This document shows, one piece after another, positions 1 to 10,962 of a stretch of 64,000 bases of DNA. A program made the translations under genes and the position numbers. Source of the stretch: an uncultured Ignavibacteria bacterium (GTDB taxonomy: Bacteria > Bacteroidota > Ignavibacteria > UBA10030 > UBA6906); NCBI GenBank assembly GCA_963701735.1, contig CAVPBI010000013.1:141323-205322 (forward strand). Direction: 5' to 3'. The notes under the pieces were generated by a model. It saw nothing but the letters and a program-made list of their open reading frames with translations. It was not told the DNA's origin and made no database searches. The first letter of the stretch is position 1, and each line of letters starts with the position of its first letter.

Positions 1-1265
1 GTGGCGTACGGGCTCACGCCGCCTGGACCGCTCTGCCGCAACGCCTCGTGGGCAAGCCATGAGGACGGGTCATACAGAGCGGACCAGCTCCGGCTGTCCT
101 GATTTGACTCCGGAAGATAGTTCGCGTAGAACAGCCTGCCGGCGTTCGCGGCGTTCAGTACCCATTTCCCGATGGCCCGCGAGAACCGGGGATCGTACCG
201 CACGAGAGGGACGAGAGCCCCGATCTGCTCGAACGTGTTCATCGCAAACGCGTAATCGCTGGTGCCGTTCACCTCCCCGATCAGCCCCGAGCAGTCGTAG
301 GCCCCCCACCGTCCGACCACGGCGCCCCAGCTGCGGAGCGGCGACACGTCGAAGCACCAGTTCACCATCTTCTCCACGTTCAACTGCGTCCCCAGCTCTG
401 CGTTCATCCGTGCGGCCGCCAGTGTCCCGTACGAGAGCTGCAGCTCATATGCGGGGCTCCAGCCGTACGCAGCCAGCTCTTCGAGGCACAGCTCGGCCGC
501 ATATCTATAGGCAGGCTCGCCGGTCTCCTTCGCAGCGGAATAGAGAAGCCAGGCGATCGCACCACCCGCCTCCGGCTCATGGGGGGTTTCGTTGTTCGGT
601 GTCATCGACGCCAGACGCCAGCCCCGGTGGTTCAGATTCGGGTGCGACCAGGGCGTCAACCTGCCACCCATGGCAAACACGGCCGCGTTCCACCTGTCGG
701 CAACCATCCTGAACTGGCGCTGGAATTCCCCTTCCGTCGGATACCGCGAGTACAGCTGATAGAAGAAGACGTTCGGCATCGTGTCATACCACCAGTCATC
801 TCCGCTGGTCGCCTCCGCCCCGTTCAGATAGACATTTTCCTCCGGGCGATTATTGAAGTACTCCTGGCACATGCGAGCCCAATTGCGGCCGAACTGGACC
901 TTCTTGTCCACGCCGCACAGCGTCGCGCCCACGACCGCCGGCAGCACATTGATCGCTTCGCCCGTCGACCTTCCGTCCCCGACATACGAGCTGAGCCCGA
1001 AACTCATCTCCCCCGGATAGTTGACCGTGGAGGTGTTGAGAAACACGAGCGGGAGGTACTGCCCGGTCTTCGACAGGTCGAAGGCCAGCGAGTCATAGCC
1101 GAGCGCGACCTGCCTCCAGTCTCGCATGAGATAGGGAGTGGGTTTGCGCGGCATCTGTTCGATGCGCGGGATCGCAATCTGCTGCCCCCGCACATCGGCC
1201 ATCACGCTCACGACCAGCATGACGAAGATGCCGCGACGAAACGCGTGCCTATCAGGATGTTGCAT
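1..1265 (-). CDS. hypothetical secreted protein, possibly (alpha/alpha)6 glycoside-hydrolase-like; partial (3' end beyond window edge)
   Basis: Absent from ORF track (no in-window stop). Manual reverse-strand translation from ATG (complement of 1263-1265) gives an uninterrupted >420-codon frame MQHPDRHAFRRGIFVMLVVSVMADVRGQQIAIPRIEQMPRKPTPYLMRDW... with signal peptide and GC-rich third positions. Overlapping + ORFs 59-712/579-1292 are Arg-rich antisense artefacts. Confidence 0.55.
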   Translation of the reverse strand, partial: MQHPDRHAFRRGIFVMLVVSVMADVRGQQIAIPRIEQMPRKPTPYLMRDWRQVALGYDSLAFDLSKTGQYLPLVFLNTSTVNYPGEMSFGLSSYVGDGRSTGEAINVLPAVVGATLCGVDKKVQFGRNWARMCQEYFNNRPEENVYLNGAEATSGDDWWYDTMPNVFFYQLYSRYPTEGEFQRQFRMVADRWNAAVFAMGGRLTPWSHPNLNHRGWRLASMTPNNETPHEPEAGGAIAWLLYSAAKETGEPAYRYAAELCLEELAAYGWSPAYELQLSYGTLAAARMNAELGTQLNVEKMVNWCFDVSPLRSWGAVVGRWGAYDCSGLIGEVNGTSDYAFAMNTFEQIGALVPLVRYDPRFSRAIGKWVLNAANAGRLFYANYLPESNQDSRSWSALYDPSSWLAHEALRQSGPGGVSPYA

Positions 1266-1269
1266 CACC

Positions 1270-2706
1270 TTATCCCTCACCGCCTTCAGTGAACACCACG
1301 CCCGTCGTGTCTCTCTTCAGTGTCACCCTGTTTCCGCCGGGCCCGACGAACACCGCTTGCGGGCTGCCTTCGACAGAGGTCGTGGAAACTCGCCTGTATC
1401 CCAGATACTTCCTGGCCTCTGGATACTTCTCCACCTCCGTGAGCGTCAGGAGCGCCTCAATGGTGGACTCTGCGCCGGAGTTCCTGTTCAGACCCTGCTC
1501 CGCGGAGATCCCGTCGTACCCGCGCCCGGATCCGGGATCATACATGGGCTCCCCGGCGGGATTGTTCCCCATCAGCCACGCCGCGGCCAGACCCGCCATA
1601 CGGAGATACTCAGCCTTTCCGGTCGCCTCGTACAGGCGGATGAGACCCACAGCCATCGGCCGGACGCCGTACGCGATCTGTTCGTACTCCTGTCGACTCG
1701 CCGGATCGCGTACATCCATCTCCTTGGCGAAGCCCTCACACAGAAGCCGGAAGTACCAGCCGTCGGCCTCCCTCTTCGCGGAGGCGATCATGGTCGAATC
1801 GTTGAGGATCCAGCCGATTTCGGCGAGGGCCTGCGTCTGCCCGTTGCCCCAGCTGTGCCAGAGCGTCTGCCAGGACCGATGAAGCCCGAACGGGAACACA
1901 TCCCCTCTCCCGTCCTGCATGATCATGAGTCCGTCCGCCAGCTTTCTCATCGTCGCGGCGACATCATCGGAGGGCGCAACCCGGTAATACTCGATCAGAC
2001 CCAGAAGGAGCTCCGAACTGGCATCCGCGCCGGATTCGTAGAGGAGCCAACGAGGAGTCCGGAAGCCGGCCTCGACCTCTTCCTCGCCGTGCCGCTCAAC
2101 GAGCGCGCGGACGCGCGGGAGGGATCGCTCGACGGCACTGCGGAGTGTGGCCGCAAACGCAGGGTCGTGCTCCCTGAACACCCGGGCACCGCTCGCCAGC
2201 GCCCAGACGCCCCGGGCAGCCCACCACCCGAACGATTTGAAGCTGGTCCTGCCGTCCCGGTTGATCGAGCGGTCTTCGAACACGAAGTTGTAGAAGTCAC
2301 CGTCGTCCGCCTGCATCGCCAGCACGAAATCCAGAAATCCCTTCGCACGCTTCAATCCATCCGGCCGTCCGTGCAACTCGAAATCGCGAAGGCAGAGGAC
2401 GGCCGCCCGTGCGGCATCGTCCACGCAGGCGATGCCCTCGGGCCCCGACTCCTTCGCGTCCACCCATGCGTAATCGGGATACCGGGAGTAGATGTGAGCG
2501 ATCGTGACGGCTTTCCCCTCCACAGTCACGGCCTCGCTGAGGTGGTCGAGATGGCTGAAATTCACAAGCGTGCTCCGGTCACTTGTCACACAGGAGAGCT
2601 GCAAGAACAGCAATGCCGACACCACCAGCCCGATGACCGCCGGACTATCTGATGAGCGGATGCCTGCACCGTCCATGCGGCGCGCCTCTGATGGCCATGC
2701 TGTCAT
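1270..2706 (-). CDS. secreted/lipoprotein six-hairpin glycosidase-like protein (function unknown)
   Basis: 478-aa ORF with hydrophobic N-terminus (…AVIGLVVSALLFLQLSC), Trp/Asp/Gly-rich composition typical of (alpha/alpha)6 glycosidases; start may be internal Met (2676); tightly packed with neighbours. Confidence 0.5.
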   Translation of the reverse strand: MTAWPSEARRMDGAGIRSSDSPAVIGLVVSALLFLQLSCVTSDRSTLVNFSHLDHLSEAVTVEGKAVTIAHIYSRYPDYAWVDAKESGPEGIACVDDAARAAVLCLRDFELHGRPDGLKRAKGFLDFVLAMQADDGDFYNFVFEDRSINRDGRTSFKSFGWWAARGVWALASGARVFREHDPAFAATLRSAVERSLPRVRALVERHGEEEVEAGFRTPRWLLYESGADASSELLLGLIEYYRVAPSDDVAATMRKLADGLMIMQDGRGDVFPFGLHRSWQTLWHSWGNGQTQALAEIGWILNDSTMIASAKREADGWYFRLLCEGFAKEMDVRDPASRQEYEQIAYGVRPMAVGLIRLYEATGKAEYLRMAGLAAAWLMGNNPAGEPMYDPGSGRGYDGISAEQGLNRNSGAESTIEALLTLTEVEKYPEARKYLGYRRVSTTSVEGSPQAVFVGPGGNRVTLKRDTTGVVFTEGGEG

Positions 2707-2707
2707 C

Positions 2708-3739
2708 TCATGACGCTCCTGCCGTCATTCCTGGCGTGAGAATACTCTTGAGAGAGATCCCTTCCCGATGGACGCGGAACGCTTCATGCACGCCGTCCAG
2801 CGGGAAGTACCGCACGGGAAACCGGTCGACACGCACTGTTCCCGCCTGGAGCAGGGAGATGGCGCGGCTGAACGTGTGGGGATTGACGTACGACCCCGTG
2901 ATCGTGAGCTCTTTCGAATAGACGAGGTTTGGCTCAACGGAAATCGTCGTGCCGATCGGGCACACGCCGAAGAACACGATGCGCCCGCCCCGGCGCGCGA
3001 GCTTCAACGATTGCTCGGCGGTCACGGGGGAGCCCGCGCATTCCAGAACGACGTCCGCACCCTCGGGTGCGAGCGATCGGACCTGATCCATCACATCCTC
3101 ATGGGCGGGGTCGACCACAACGGTCGCACCCTCCATCTCGGCCAGGGCGCGCTTGTGTCCCTGCGGCTCGACGAGGACGGTACGGGCCGCTCCCGCATGA
3201 CGCGCGAGCTGCAGCATCATCAGTCCCACCGGGCCGCCGCCCAGCACCACCACCGTGTCTCCATGCCGGATCTCCGCGCGGTCGATGCCGTGGACGGCGC
3301 ACGAAAGGGGCTCGACAAAGGCGCAAACCTCGGCGGGGATCTCCTCACCCAGCACGAACGCCTGTTCCGCCGGCACGACGCAAAACTCCGCCATGCCGCC
3401 GTTCCGGTCCACCCCCAGCGCCACGAGCGAGGAACAGAGATGTACGAGACCCCGGCGACAGTAGAAGCATGTCCCGCACGAGATATTAGGGTCCACAGCC
3501 ACCCGTTCCCCCACATGGATCCCCTTGACCCTCTTCCCCATCTCCACGACGCGTCCCGCATATTCATGCCCGAGGACGACCGGCGGCGTCGAGCGCGCGA
3601 CTCCCTCGACGATGTGCAGGTCGGTTCCGCAGATGCCACACGCTTCGACCTGCACCAGAATGTCGGTGTCGCCCAACCCGGGAAGGTCCTGGGTTGTGAC
3701 TTCCATGTGATGGGCTTTGCTGAAGAGGACGGCTTTCAT
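2708..3739 (-). CDS. Zn-dependent alcohol dehydrogenase, MDR family (threonine/sorbitol dehydrogenase-like)
   Basis: 343 aa; GHEYAG Zn-ligand motif, CGxCxxC structural Zn site (CGTCFYC), Rossmann GGGPVG. Confidence 0.9.
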   Translation of the reverse strand: MKAVLFSKAHHMEVTTQDLPGLGDTDILVQVEACGICGTDLHIVEGVARSTPPVVLGHEYAGRVVEMGKRVKGIHVGERVAVDPNISCGTCFYCRRGLVHLCSSLVALGVDRNGGMAEFCVVPAEQAFVLGEEIPAEVCAFVEPLSCAVHGIDRAEIRHGDTVVVLGGGPVGLMMLQLARHAGAARTVLVEPQGHKRALAEMEGATVVVDPAHEDVMDQVRSLAPEGADVVLECAGSPVTAEQSLKLARRGGRIVFFGVCPIGTTISVEPNLVYSKELTITGSYVNPHTFSRAISLLQAGTVRVDRFPVRYFPLDGVHEAFRVHREGISLKSILTPGMTAGAS

Positions 3740-3826
3740 GGCGTTCCAAAATGGAGGATGAGCGTATCAACCGCTTTCGTCGCACGATACTCGATCGTCA
3801 GCCTTTGCACACCTTCACTCCCCGGC

Positions 3827-6296
3827 TCACCCCCGGTCACAGCGATCTTCGCCCCATTGAGCGAGGCCGCAGTCGGGGTCCCACGGACTCACCACGCTCA
3901 CCGCCGTGGCGTGCCCTTCAAACGAGGAGAGCGTGAGGGAAAGGCTCCGGCCAGCCGTATCCAGCTTCGCTTCATGAAGAACCGCGTTGACTCCATCGAG
4001 GTAGGGGTACCGGACCGGCCCGTGCTCTATCCGGATCGACTGTGCCCCGGAAGCTCCCCGCGGGATCACGCGGGAAGGAACGAGCGCGCCGTCGACCAGG
4101 ATGCGCGCGATCGTCGAGCCGTGCCCGGACACCACGAATTCTTTTCGTGGTCCCACAGACGTAGTCGGCTTCGACATCGTGGAGCGCAGCGGGAAGTCCG
4201 CCGCCGACCGAGACGTTCCATGCGTTCTCGTCAACGCCGATCATCCGATAGGCGGTCCCGATGCAAAATCCGGCCGACCACATCATCGTCGGCTTGTCCA
4301 CCCACCCGTGGTCGTGGGCCTGCGTGTCGGAAAACCGGTACTCGTAGAGTGCTGGCTGGCCGCGCGGGCTTTGCGTGATTCCGTCGACGGTCATCGTACG
4401 CCGGTAGAACGCGAAGGCGGAGTCGAGCTCTCCCACTGCCCTGAGAGCCCATGCATACCAGGCATTCCCCAGGTACCAGACTCCCCCGTTGGCATAGAGG
4501 TATGGGCCGCCCGCTTCGTTCCCCTTCACGTTATAGAACTTCTTGACCGAATCGGTGTGGAAATCCGCCGGCGCCACCGTGCGCACCCCGATCGCAGGAT
4601 CGAGCAGCTCTCGCCGCGCCGTCCCGACAAGGCGTCGGGCCAGGTCTGGTGGGAGCGTCCCGTAGGCCGCGGCCAGCAAGGGACCCATATAGACATGCCG
4701 GTCGCGCAACCCGCCGGTCGTATTATAGAGATACCCTGCCGCGTCGTCCCAGAGTTCGTTGCGCAGACCGGTCTCCAGTTTCGCGGCCACCTGCTCATAG
4801 GCGCGAAGCGCCGGGGCCTTCATGCCGAGCACGGAGCCGAGATACTGATACTCCTCCAGCGCGCGAATCGTGAGGATCGTAAGGTACGCGCGGGTACCCT
4901 CGGCGTGCCCGAAGTCCCACCAGTCAGGCTCGTTCCCCATCATGAGGTTCCCGCGGCGGCGTTTGAGCGTCAGGGCGATGCCTTGTGAAACAACAGGCAT
5001 GAGCTTCGTGACGGTCGCGGTATCAGACGTGTGGCGGAGATACGAGGCGGTGGCAAGGACAAACCAGAGATGGTTCCAGTTTCCGGGGGCGCAGTACTCG
5101 GTGATGAATGCGTCATCCTTCCAGTAGTATGCGTGAGACAGCACACTGTCCCTGGAGAGAGCCAGAAGGTGCAGCAGATCGCGCCTGACGCGCCGGGGAT
5201 CAAAGACGATCGCAGAGAGGTTGGTCAGAAGAATATCGTGGGTGAACATGAAGTTGTATTCTGCCGGGCACGGCATAGGCACGATGGCGCCATCGAGGAA
5301 GTGCTGGTTCGACTCAAGCAGAGCCTTCGAATAGGATACCGCCCTGTCCGTCCACGGATCTCCGCTCCGGAACAGTCCGCGATCTACCGCCGACCGCACG
5401 GCCGAGTCGTAGCGGGCCACCTCTTCGCGCCACGTCGCCCGCAACCGTTCCATCGTTCGATCGATCTCCTCGGGTCCGGTACTGCTGAACAGCTGCGTGA
5501 TCGTCGCCGAGTCGCCCGGCTGAAGCGCCACGCGATACATGAACGCCGCTGCAGCACGGACTCTCCCTCCCGCCGGCGACAGCGTACCGGCCAGCTCCCC
5601 TCCGCCGTCGATCCAGTTCGACCATCCGGTATCCGACAGCGCAAGCGCGGATGCATCTGAAGTCCAGGATGCCGGTTGCAGTCCCGCATTCTGCACCGCG
5701 ACCGAGGCACGGCCGAGTGCGCGCTCATCGAAGGAGGCGACAATGCCATCACCCGTGCTTCGGGTCCGGGCCGAATCGAACCGGGCGTACGTCTGACAGC
5801 TGCGCAGCACGATGGCCGTGTGCGTGTAGACCTCCGCAGTATGGGCGCTCGACCCGGCGTTGTACATCGTGAGCGACATGACGGCAGCGGGCTCGTTCAG
5901 GCAGAAGTCGTAGGCCAGCGTCAGCCTGAGGTCCCCTTCGGTGGCAAAGAAGCGCACGCTGTGCGGCGAGAGCCTGTATCCCCACGGTCGCTTCCCGAGC
6001 CAGGTTCTGGGCCCTTCATCCACCCTGATGCCAATGACGACAGGTCTGGACTCCCCGCGCTTCCAGTAGTCGGTGCTGAGGTCCAGACTGTTGGCCACCG
6101 GGGCGTAGAAGCTCACTCTGGACGGGAGAGGACGGCTGTCATGAAACTCGAGTCCCACGTAGTGACCGCCGACCTCAACCTGTCCATATCCTCTGTCGAA
6201 ATCGACGGCCACCGGATCTTCAGGCTGCGGTGCGGGCTGTTTGCACGCCAGCCCTGCGACCAGCATCAATGCAGCAGTCCACGCGGAGCGTTTCAC
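3827..6296 (-). CDS. lipoprotein, amylo-alpha-1,6-glucosidase/GH63-like six-hairpin glycoside hydrolase; apparent frameshift near 4140-4230
   Basis: 774-aa ORF (lipobox LAGLAC) whose last ~55 aa are Arg-rich low-GC3 junk; real GC3-rich C-terminus continues in ORF 3827-4234 frame (EFVVSGHGSTIARILVDGALVP…); GDE_C-like segment …GGPYLYANGGVWYLGNAWYAWAL…. Confidence 0.6.
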
Positions 6297-6297
6297 G

Positions 6298-7107
6298 TTA
6301 TCCTTTCAGCCCGGTGGACGCAAGGCTCTGAATGAAGGATCGCTGGAAGAACGCGTATGCGATGATCACGGGGAGAGCAAGCAGCGTCGCCGCAGCGAGC
6401 TGCGCACCAAGCTGCGACTCCGCCTCACCGCCGATGGTGAAGATGGTGACGAGCTGCGGCATGGTCATCAACGTCCGCTCGCGCACGACAAGCAGCGGCC
6501 AGAGCACCTCGTTCCAGGATGTCATGAACGTCAGAATGCCCACGGTTGCGATGACCGGACGGGACAATGGCCAGACGACCCGGAAGAGGATCGTGATCTC
6601 GGTTGCTCCGTCGAGCCGGGCGGCGTCAAGCAGGGCCTCCGGAATCGAGAGGAAGAACTGCCGGAACAGGAGAATACTGAAAGCGCTCATGATGGTCGGC
6701 GCGATGAGCCCCATGTACGAGTCCGTCCACCCCAGCGTCACCATCAGGATGTACTGCGGTATCAGCACGATCTGGAACGGGATCATCATCGTGAAGAGGA
6801 TGAGGGCCTGAATCACCGTCGAGCCGGGGAAGCGGAGGCGCGCGAGCGCATACCCGACCATGGACCCGAACAGAACCACGGACCCGGTCGCCACCCCCGA
6901 GACCAGCACACTGTTCAGAAAAGCTCTTCCGATCGGGATCTTGGTGAGGACCAGGTTGTAACTCTTCAGGGAGAACTCATGTGACCAGAGTCCGAGGTCC
7001 GCGAGCTGTGTTTCCGGCTTGAGCGAGGCGGCGACCATCCAGAGAAACGGGTACGCAAACACCACCGCTCCGAGAACAAGAACACCGTATCGAACGGCCG
7101 TTTTCAT
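6298..7107 (-). CDS. carbohydrate ABC transporter permease (MalG/UgpE-like)
   Basis: 269 aa, 6 TM, EAA loop motif (…EAARLDGATEITILFRVVWPL…); 4-nt overlap with upstream permease. Confidence 0.9.
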   Translation of the reverse strand: MKTAVRYGVLVLGAVVFAYPFLWMVAASLKPETQLADLGLWSHEFSLKSYNLVLTKIPIGRAFLNSVLVSGVATGSVVLFGSMVGYALARLRFPGSTVIQALILFTMMIPFQIVLIPQYILMVTLGWTDSYMGLIAPTIMSAFSILLFRQFFLSIPEALLDAARLDGATEITILFRVVWPLSRPVIATVGILTFMTSWNEVLWPLLVVRERTLMTMPQLVTIFTIGGEAESQLGAQLAAATLLALPVIIAYAFFQRSFIQSLASTGLKG

Positions 7108-8009
7108 GAATACGTCTCCTGTTCGATCACGCGGCGCTGCAACAGAACGACCCCGAGGATGATCACCGCGTAGACGACGCCGAGCGTGGCGGCGTACCCC
7201 ATATGGCTGAAGTAGAAACCCTGGTTGTAGATATAGAGCATCCCCGACAGCGTGCTCTGCATGGGACCGCCCCCGGTCAGGACGTACGGCTCGATGAACA
7301 GCGAAAACCCGCCGATCGTCGAGAGGACGATCACAACCATGACGGTAGGATTCAGCATCGGCAGCGTGATCCTGAAGAATTTCGTGGCCGGCGGCGCTCC
7401 GTCGACATCCGCCGCGTCATAGACTTCCTGGGGAATGCTCTGCAGGCCTGCGAGGAACAGCACGATATAGATCCCCACATTCTTCCACGTCGCCATGATC
7501 GCGATGGAAGGCATCGCCAGCCGGGCATCCGTGAGCCACGGAAGCGGATCCGCGCCGAACCACCGGAGCATCACGTTCAGCAGCCCGTTGTCGAACCCGT
7601 ACAGCTGCCGCCAGAGGATGGTCACGACCACTCCGGAGACGACCACCGGCAGAAAATACAGCGCGCGGAAGAACCCCCGCCCGCGGATCTTCCCATTCAA
7701 CAGCATGGCGAAACCCAGGGCGACGACGATCTGCAGCGGAATGTGAATCACGAGGAAGAACAGTGTGTTGACGATCGACTTGAGGAAGAGCGGATCCTGC
7801 ACCAGCCTCCCGAAGTTCTTCAGGCCGATCCATTCCATCGGGGTGACGATATTCCACCGGTGAAACACAAGGATGAGCGAGAAGACCAGCGGATAGGCCA
7901 CGAAGGCCAGGAAGAACAGGACGTACGGCAGGACAAGGCCGTAGGCCGAACGGTTTTGCGGCGAGAGCAGCCCGCGTCCGGTGCGCAGAAGTTTGCTCAT
8001 CGGTTCCAC
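7104..8009 (-). CDS. carbohydrate ABC transporter permease (MalF/UgpA-like)
   Basis: 301 aa multi-TM, …YDAADVDGAPPATKFFRITLPML… EAA motif. Confidence 0.9.
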   Translation of the reverse strand: MEPMSKLLRTGRGLLSPQNRSAYGLVLPYVLFFLAFVAYPLVFSLILVFHRWNIVTPMEWIGLKNFGRLVQDPLFLKSIVNTLFFLVIHIPLQIVVALGFAMLLNGKIRGRGFFRALYFLPVVVSGVVVTILWRQLYGFDNGLLNVMLRWFGADPLPWLTDARLAMPSIAIMATWKNVGIYIVLFLAGLQSIPQEVYDAADVDGAPPATKFFRITLPMLNPTVMVVIVLSTIGGFSLFIEPYVLTGGGPMQSTLSGMLYIYNQGFYFSHMGYAATLGVVYAVIILGVVLLQRRVIEQETYS

Positions 8010-9302
8010 TCCACGATAACCGACGAGGCCCGGAGGAATTCCCGGACCGCCTCATCGGGCCCGATCTTCCCGTACACGCAGCACCGTTCGTACGTCTGCG
8101 AGAGCGTATCGAAGATCTCCTTGAGGTCGGGGGCCGAATCGACACCGCGAGTCAGAAGGGATTGCCGCGCAAATTCCATCATGACGGGATTTCGCTGGAA
8201 GTACCCGGCGAAGAGGGGATTGGCCAGGAGGTCGTTGCGAACCGGGATTTGATCGCACATTTCCAGGAGCTGCAGATCGTGCTCGGCGCGCACCAGAAAG
8301 CGGACGAACTCCCAGGCCGCCTCGGGGTGCCGCGTGGTGCTGAAGATCGAAATATTCTTGAAATCACCGTACGTGTGCACGGGCCCGCGATGCGAGTCCG
8401 GCACCGGAACCGGGGCCACGCCATACTCCATCGACGGGGCGTAGTTCCGGAGCTGGGCCACCTGCCAGGGGCCGGAGAAATGCGTGATCTTCTGCTCCAG
8501 GAGGAACGGGATCCGCGCCTGCGAAGTAGGTGCGCGGGAAGTACCCCTCCGCGTAGCACGACTGGAAGAACGCAAACACGGCGGCCGCCGCGTCCTCGTC
8601 GGCGGAGACCTCACCGTACCGGTAGAGCGTCCTCCCCCCGGAGGCGGCAACGTAGAAGGGATAGAAATCGTAGAGACGCTGCCACCATATCGGCCGGATA
8701 TCGCGCTCTCCCATCCAGACATCAATCTGTCCATCTCCGTTCAGGTCACGCGTCGCCTTCTTTGCCGCATCGAGGTATTCGCTGTATGTGGCTGGAACCC
8801 GCTCGATACCCGCGTCGCGCAGGAGACGGAGATTGACGAACATCATGACAGGGTTGGACTTCCAGGGCAGCTGGTAGAAATGGCCGTCGGGGCTCCGGAA
8901 CGTCTCCAGCAGCGCGGAATCCACGCGGTTGCGCGCAAGCGTGTCAAAGCCGGGGAGTTGATCAAGCGCGATCAGTCCGCCCGCGCGGGTGTAGTCGTAC
9001 AGCGCTCCCGGCTGGATATTGGAGCAGACATCGGGGGTTGTGCCCCCGGCGATCGCCGCGAGCAGGACCTCCTCCGTGGATTGGCTCACGGGAATCGGCT
9101 GCATGCGAACATGGATCTCCGGATGCCGCGCGTTCCAGAGCCGCACGAGCGAATCGGCGAGCCGGACCTCCTGAGGATTGGGCGCGGGCCAGTACGTGAG
9201 CTCAACAGCTTCCGTCCGAGTCGACGCCCGTTCGTCACGCGCGCCGCATCCGGAAAACAGAAGAACAGCCAGGAGCAGTCCGACGCCGCTTCGCGTAGTC
9301 AT
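7997..9302 (-). CDS. sugar ABC transporter substrate-binding lipoprotein; frameshift ~8515-8535
   Basis: N-terminal ORF 8364-9302 (lipobox LLFSGCG, SBP-like) degenerates into junk after …YFAG; C-terminal half continues in ORF 7997-8734 frame from …IPFLLEQKITHFSGPWQV…; junction at ggatcc context. Confidence 0.75.
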
Positions 9303-9303
9303 G

Positions 9304-10962
9304 TCACTCCCATGCCTGCCATGCCGGGTCGATTGAAGGGAACGCCGGGTGCGGGAACGTCCCCCCTTTCTTGACGGCGTACAGGTCGATCGTGCGGGGA
9401 TCCTGCGCGGCGTCCACGGGCACCGAGGCCAGCGCCGCGCTATCCACGGACACCTGATAGGTCCGCCGCAGTGCGGTCAGACGCCGGTAGAGTTTCTCCT
9501 GCATCGCATCCGCATACCAGTCGCGAAGCACGTCGTCCTTCGCCTCTTCAAACGTCCGGGAGGCGCCTCCGGTCCCCCGGAAGCGGGCCGGATGCGCCGC
9601 GTGGTGAGCCCGGAGCGTTGAGTCTGACCAGGCGATGCTCTTCGCCGCCACGTCTTTCTCCGCCTGGTAGAGCAGCTTGTGCTGCCACCACCCGGTCTGC
9701 TCCACCACGCTCGGCCGCTTCTGCAACCCACGCGCGCTCGCGCGCTGGACGAGAACGTGGTCGCGCACCATTCTCCAGACGATGTCCTCAAGCGAGAGAA
9801 AGAACGACTGGGGCGAGGTCCATTGAAGGGACACAAGAGCCTCGCGGGGCTCGTACCACGCAAGGAAAGCGCCCAGAGCGATGTTCTCCTGCCGCGTCAC
9901 CACGAGCGTGCTGTCCGCATACAGGCGGATGTTCTTGTAGTCGACAGAGTCCCCCTCCGCCCTGAATCTCCCGGCAAGCCCAAACGCCTCGAACCGTTCC
10001 GGCGAGAGCCGTCTGGAGCCGATCCAGGCCCGCAGAATGTCGAATGTCCGCCGCTGAATGACGGGGTCGGCATCCAGCATCATCAAGCGGACATACTCTC
10101 CGGAAAGAGAATCCGCCTTCATCTGAGTGAGCGCCCGCCGCGCGGAGAGCCGGAGCTCAGCGTCATCGGATTCTGTAACGACAGGGCGCCGATGGACTGA
10201 GTCCACCTGCACGATATACCAGCCGTCAGGCGCCGCTACGGGTGACGAGGGAACACGGACGGGGAGATCCCCGACAACCGACGCAAGGGCGGCATTCTGG
10301 CGCGCGAGTCGAAAGCGCGAGGTGGTGGACATCCTGTCCTCTTTGGGAACGCGGCCGCCGGCGAGATGCGCGGAGAACAGTGAATCAAAGCTCCCGCCGG
10401 CTCTGAGCCCGGCGTCAGCGCGCCCGGCTTCCCCGGCCGCCGGAAAAAACAACCAGCGCAGCGAAACCGTCTCCTGTTCCTCGGCGACGGCACGGTCGAT
10501 CTCGCTGTCGGTGACGTTGACACCGCTCAGGACATCGTCGCGGTACAGCTCTTCTGTCGCGAAGTCCCCTTCAAGCTGCACCAGCGCCGATGTGACCCTC
10601 GGGTCCGCCTCGAGGCCCCGTTCCTTCGCCCCCAGCGCAAGCAGCTTCTCGTTGACCATGAAGTCGAGGTAGCGGCGACGGGAGTCCGATCCCCTCTTCG
10701 GGAACGCCGGCCCGAAGATATAGCTGAAGAAGAATTCCCGCGCGGTGATCTTCAGGGGGCCGACGCGCACGATCACGGCATCGGGGTTCCGGAGCGAATC
10801 GAGGAGGGGCACGACGTCGCTGCGAGGGGGTTCAATCTCCTGCGCATGGCCGGGAGCCGCCGCGACCGCAACCATCATCCCGGCGAGGAGCACGATTGGC
10901 CACGCGGACCGTGGGACGCGCACCTGATGTCCTTCCGCGTCTGCCGGAGACGCGGGTCTCAA
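9304..10962 (-). CDS. hypothetical periplasmic protein (possible SurA-N-like chaperone domain)
   Basis: 552 aa with signal peptide (…IVLLAGMMVAVAAAPGHAQE); no confident catalytic motif; 4-nt overlap with PorV-like gene. Confidence 0.45.
   Translation of the reverse strand: MRPASPADAEGHQVRVPRSAWPIVLLAGMMVAVAAAPGHAQEIEPPRSDVVPLLDSLRNPDAVIVRVGPLKITAREFFFSYIFGPAFPKRGSDSRRRYLDFMVNEKLLALGAKERGLEADPRVTSALVQLEGDFATEELYRDDVLSGVNVTDSEIDRAVAEEQETVSLRWLFFPAAGEAGRADAGLRAGGSFDSLFSAHLAGGRVPKEDRMSTTSRFRLARQNAALASVVGDLPVRVPSSPVAAPDGWYIVQVDSVHRRPVVTESDDAELRLSARRALTQMKADSLSGEYVRLMMLDADPVIQRRTFDILRAWIGSRRLSPERFEAFGLAGRFRAEGDSVDYKNIRLYADSTLVVTRQENIALGAFLAWYEPREALVSLQWTSPQSFFLSLEDIVWRMVRDHVLVQRASARGLQKRPSVVEQTGWWQHKLLYQAEKDVAAKSIAWSDSTLRAHHAAHPARFRGTGGASRTFEEAKDDVLRDWYADAMQEKLYRRLTALRRTYQVSVDSAALASVPVDAAQDPRTIDLYAVKKGGTFPHPAFPSIDPAWQAWE

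Noticed and set aside
59-2652. + strand ORFs 59-712, 579-1292, 1138-2652 (217-504 aa)
   Set aside because: Arg/Pro/Gly-rich, low-complexity and antisense to well-supported minus-strand genes. This is the classic high-GC shadow-ORF pattern.
2768-4378. 536-aa + strand ORF
   Set aside because: Antisense to the alcohol dehydrogenase and GDE-like genes. Composition is R/H/D-rich junk with no domain-like segments.
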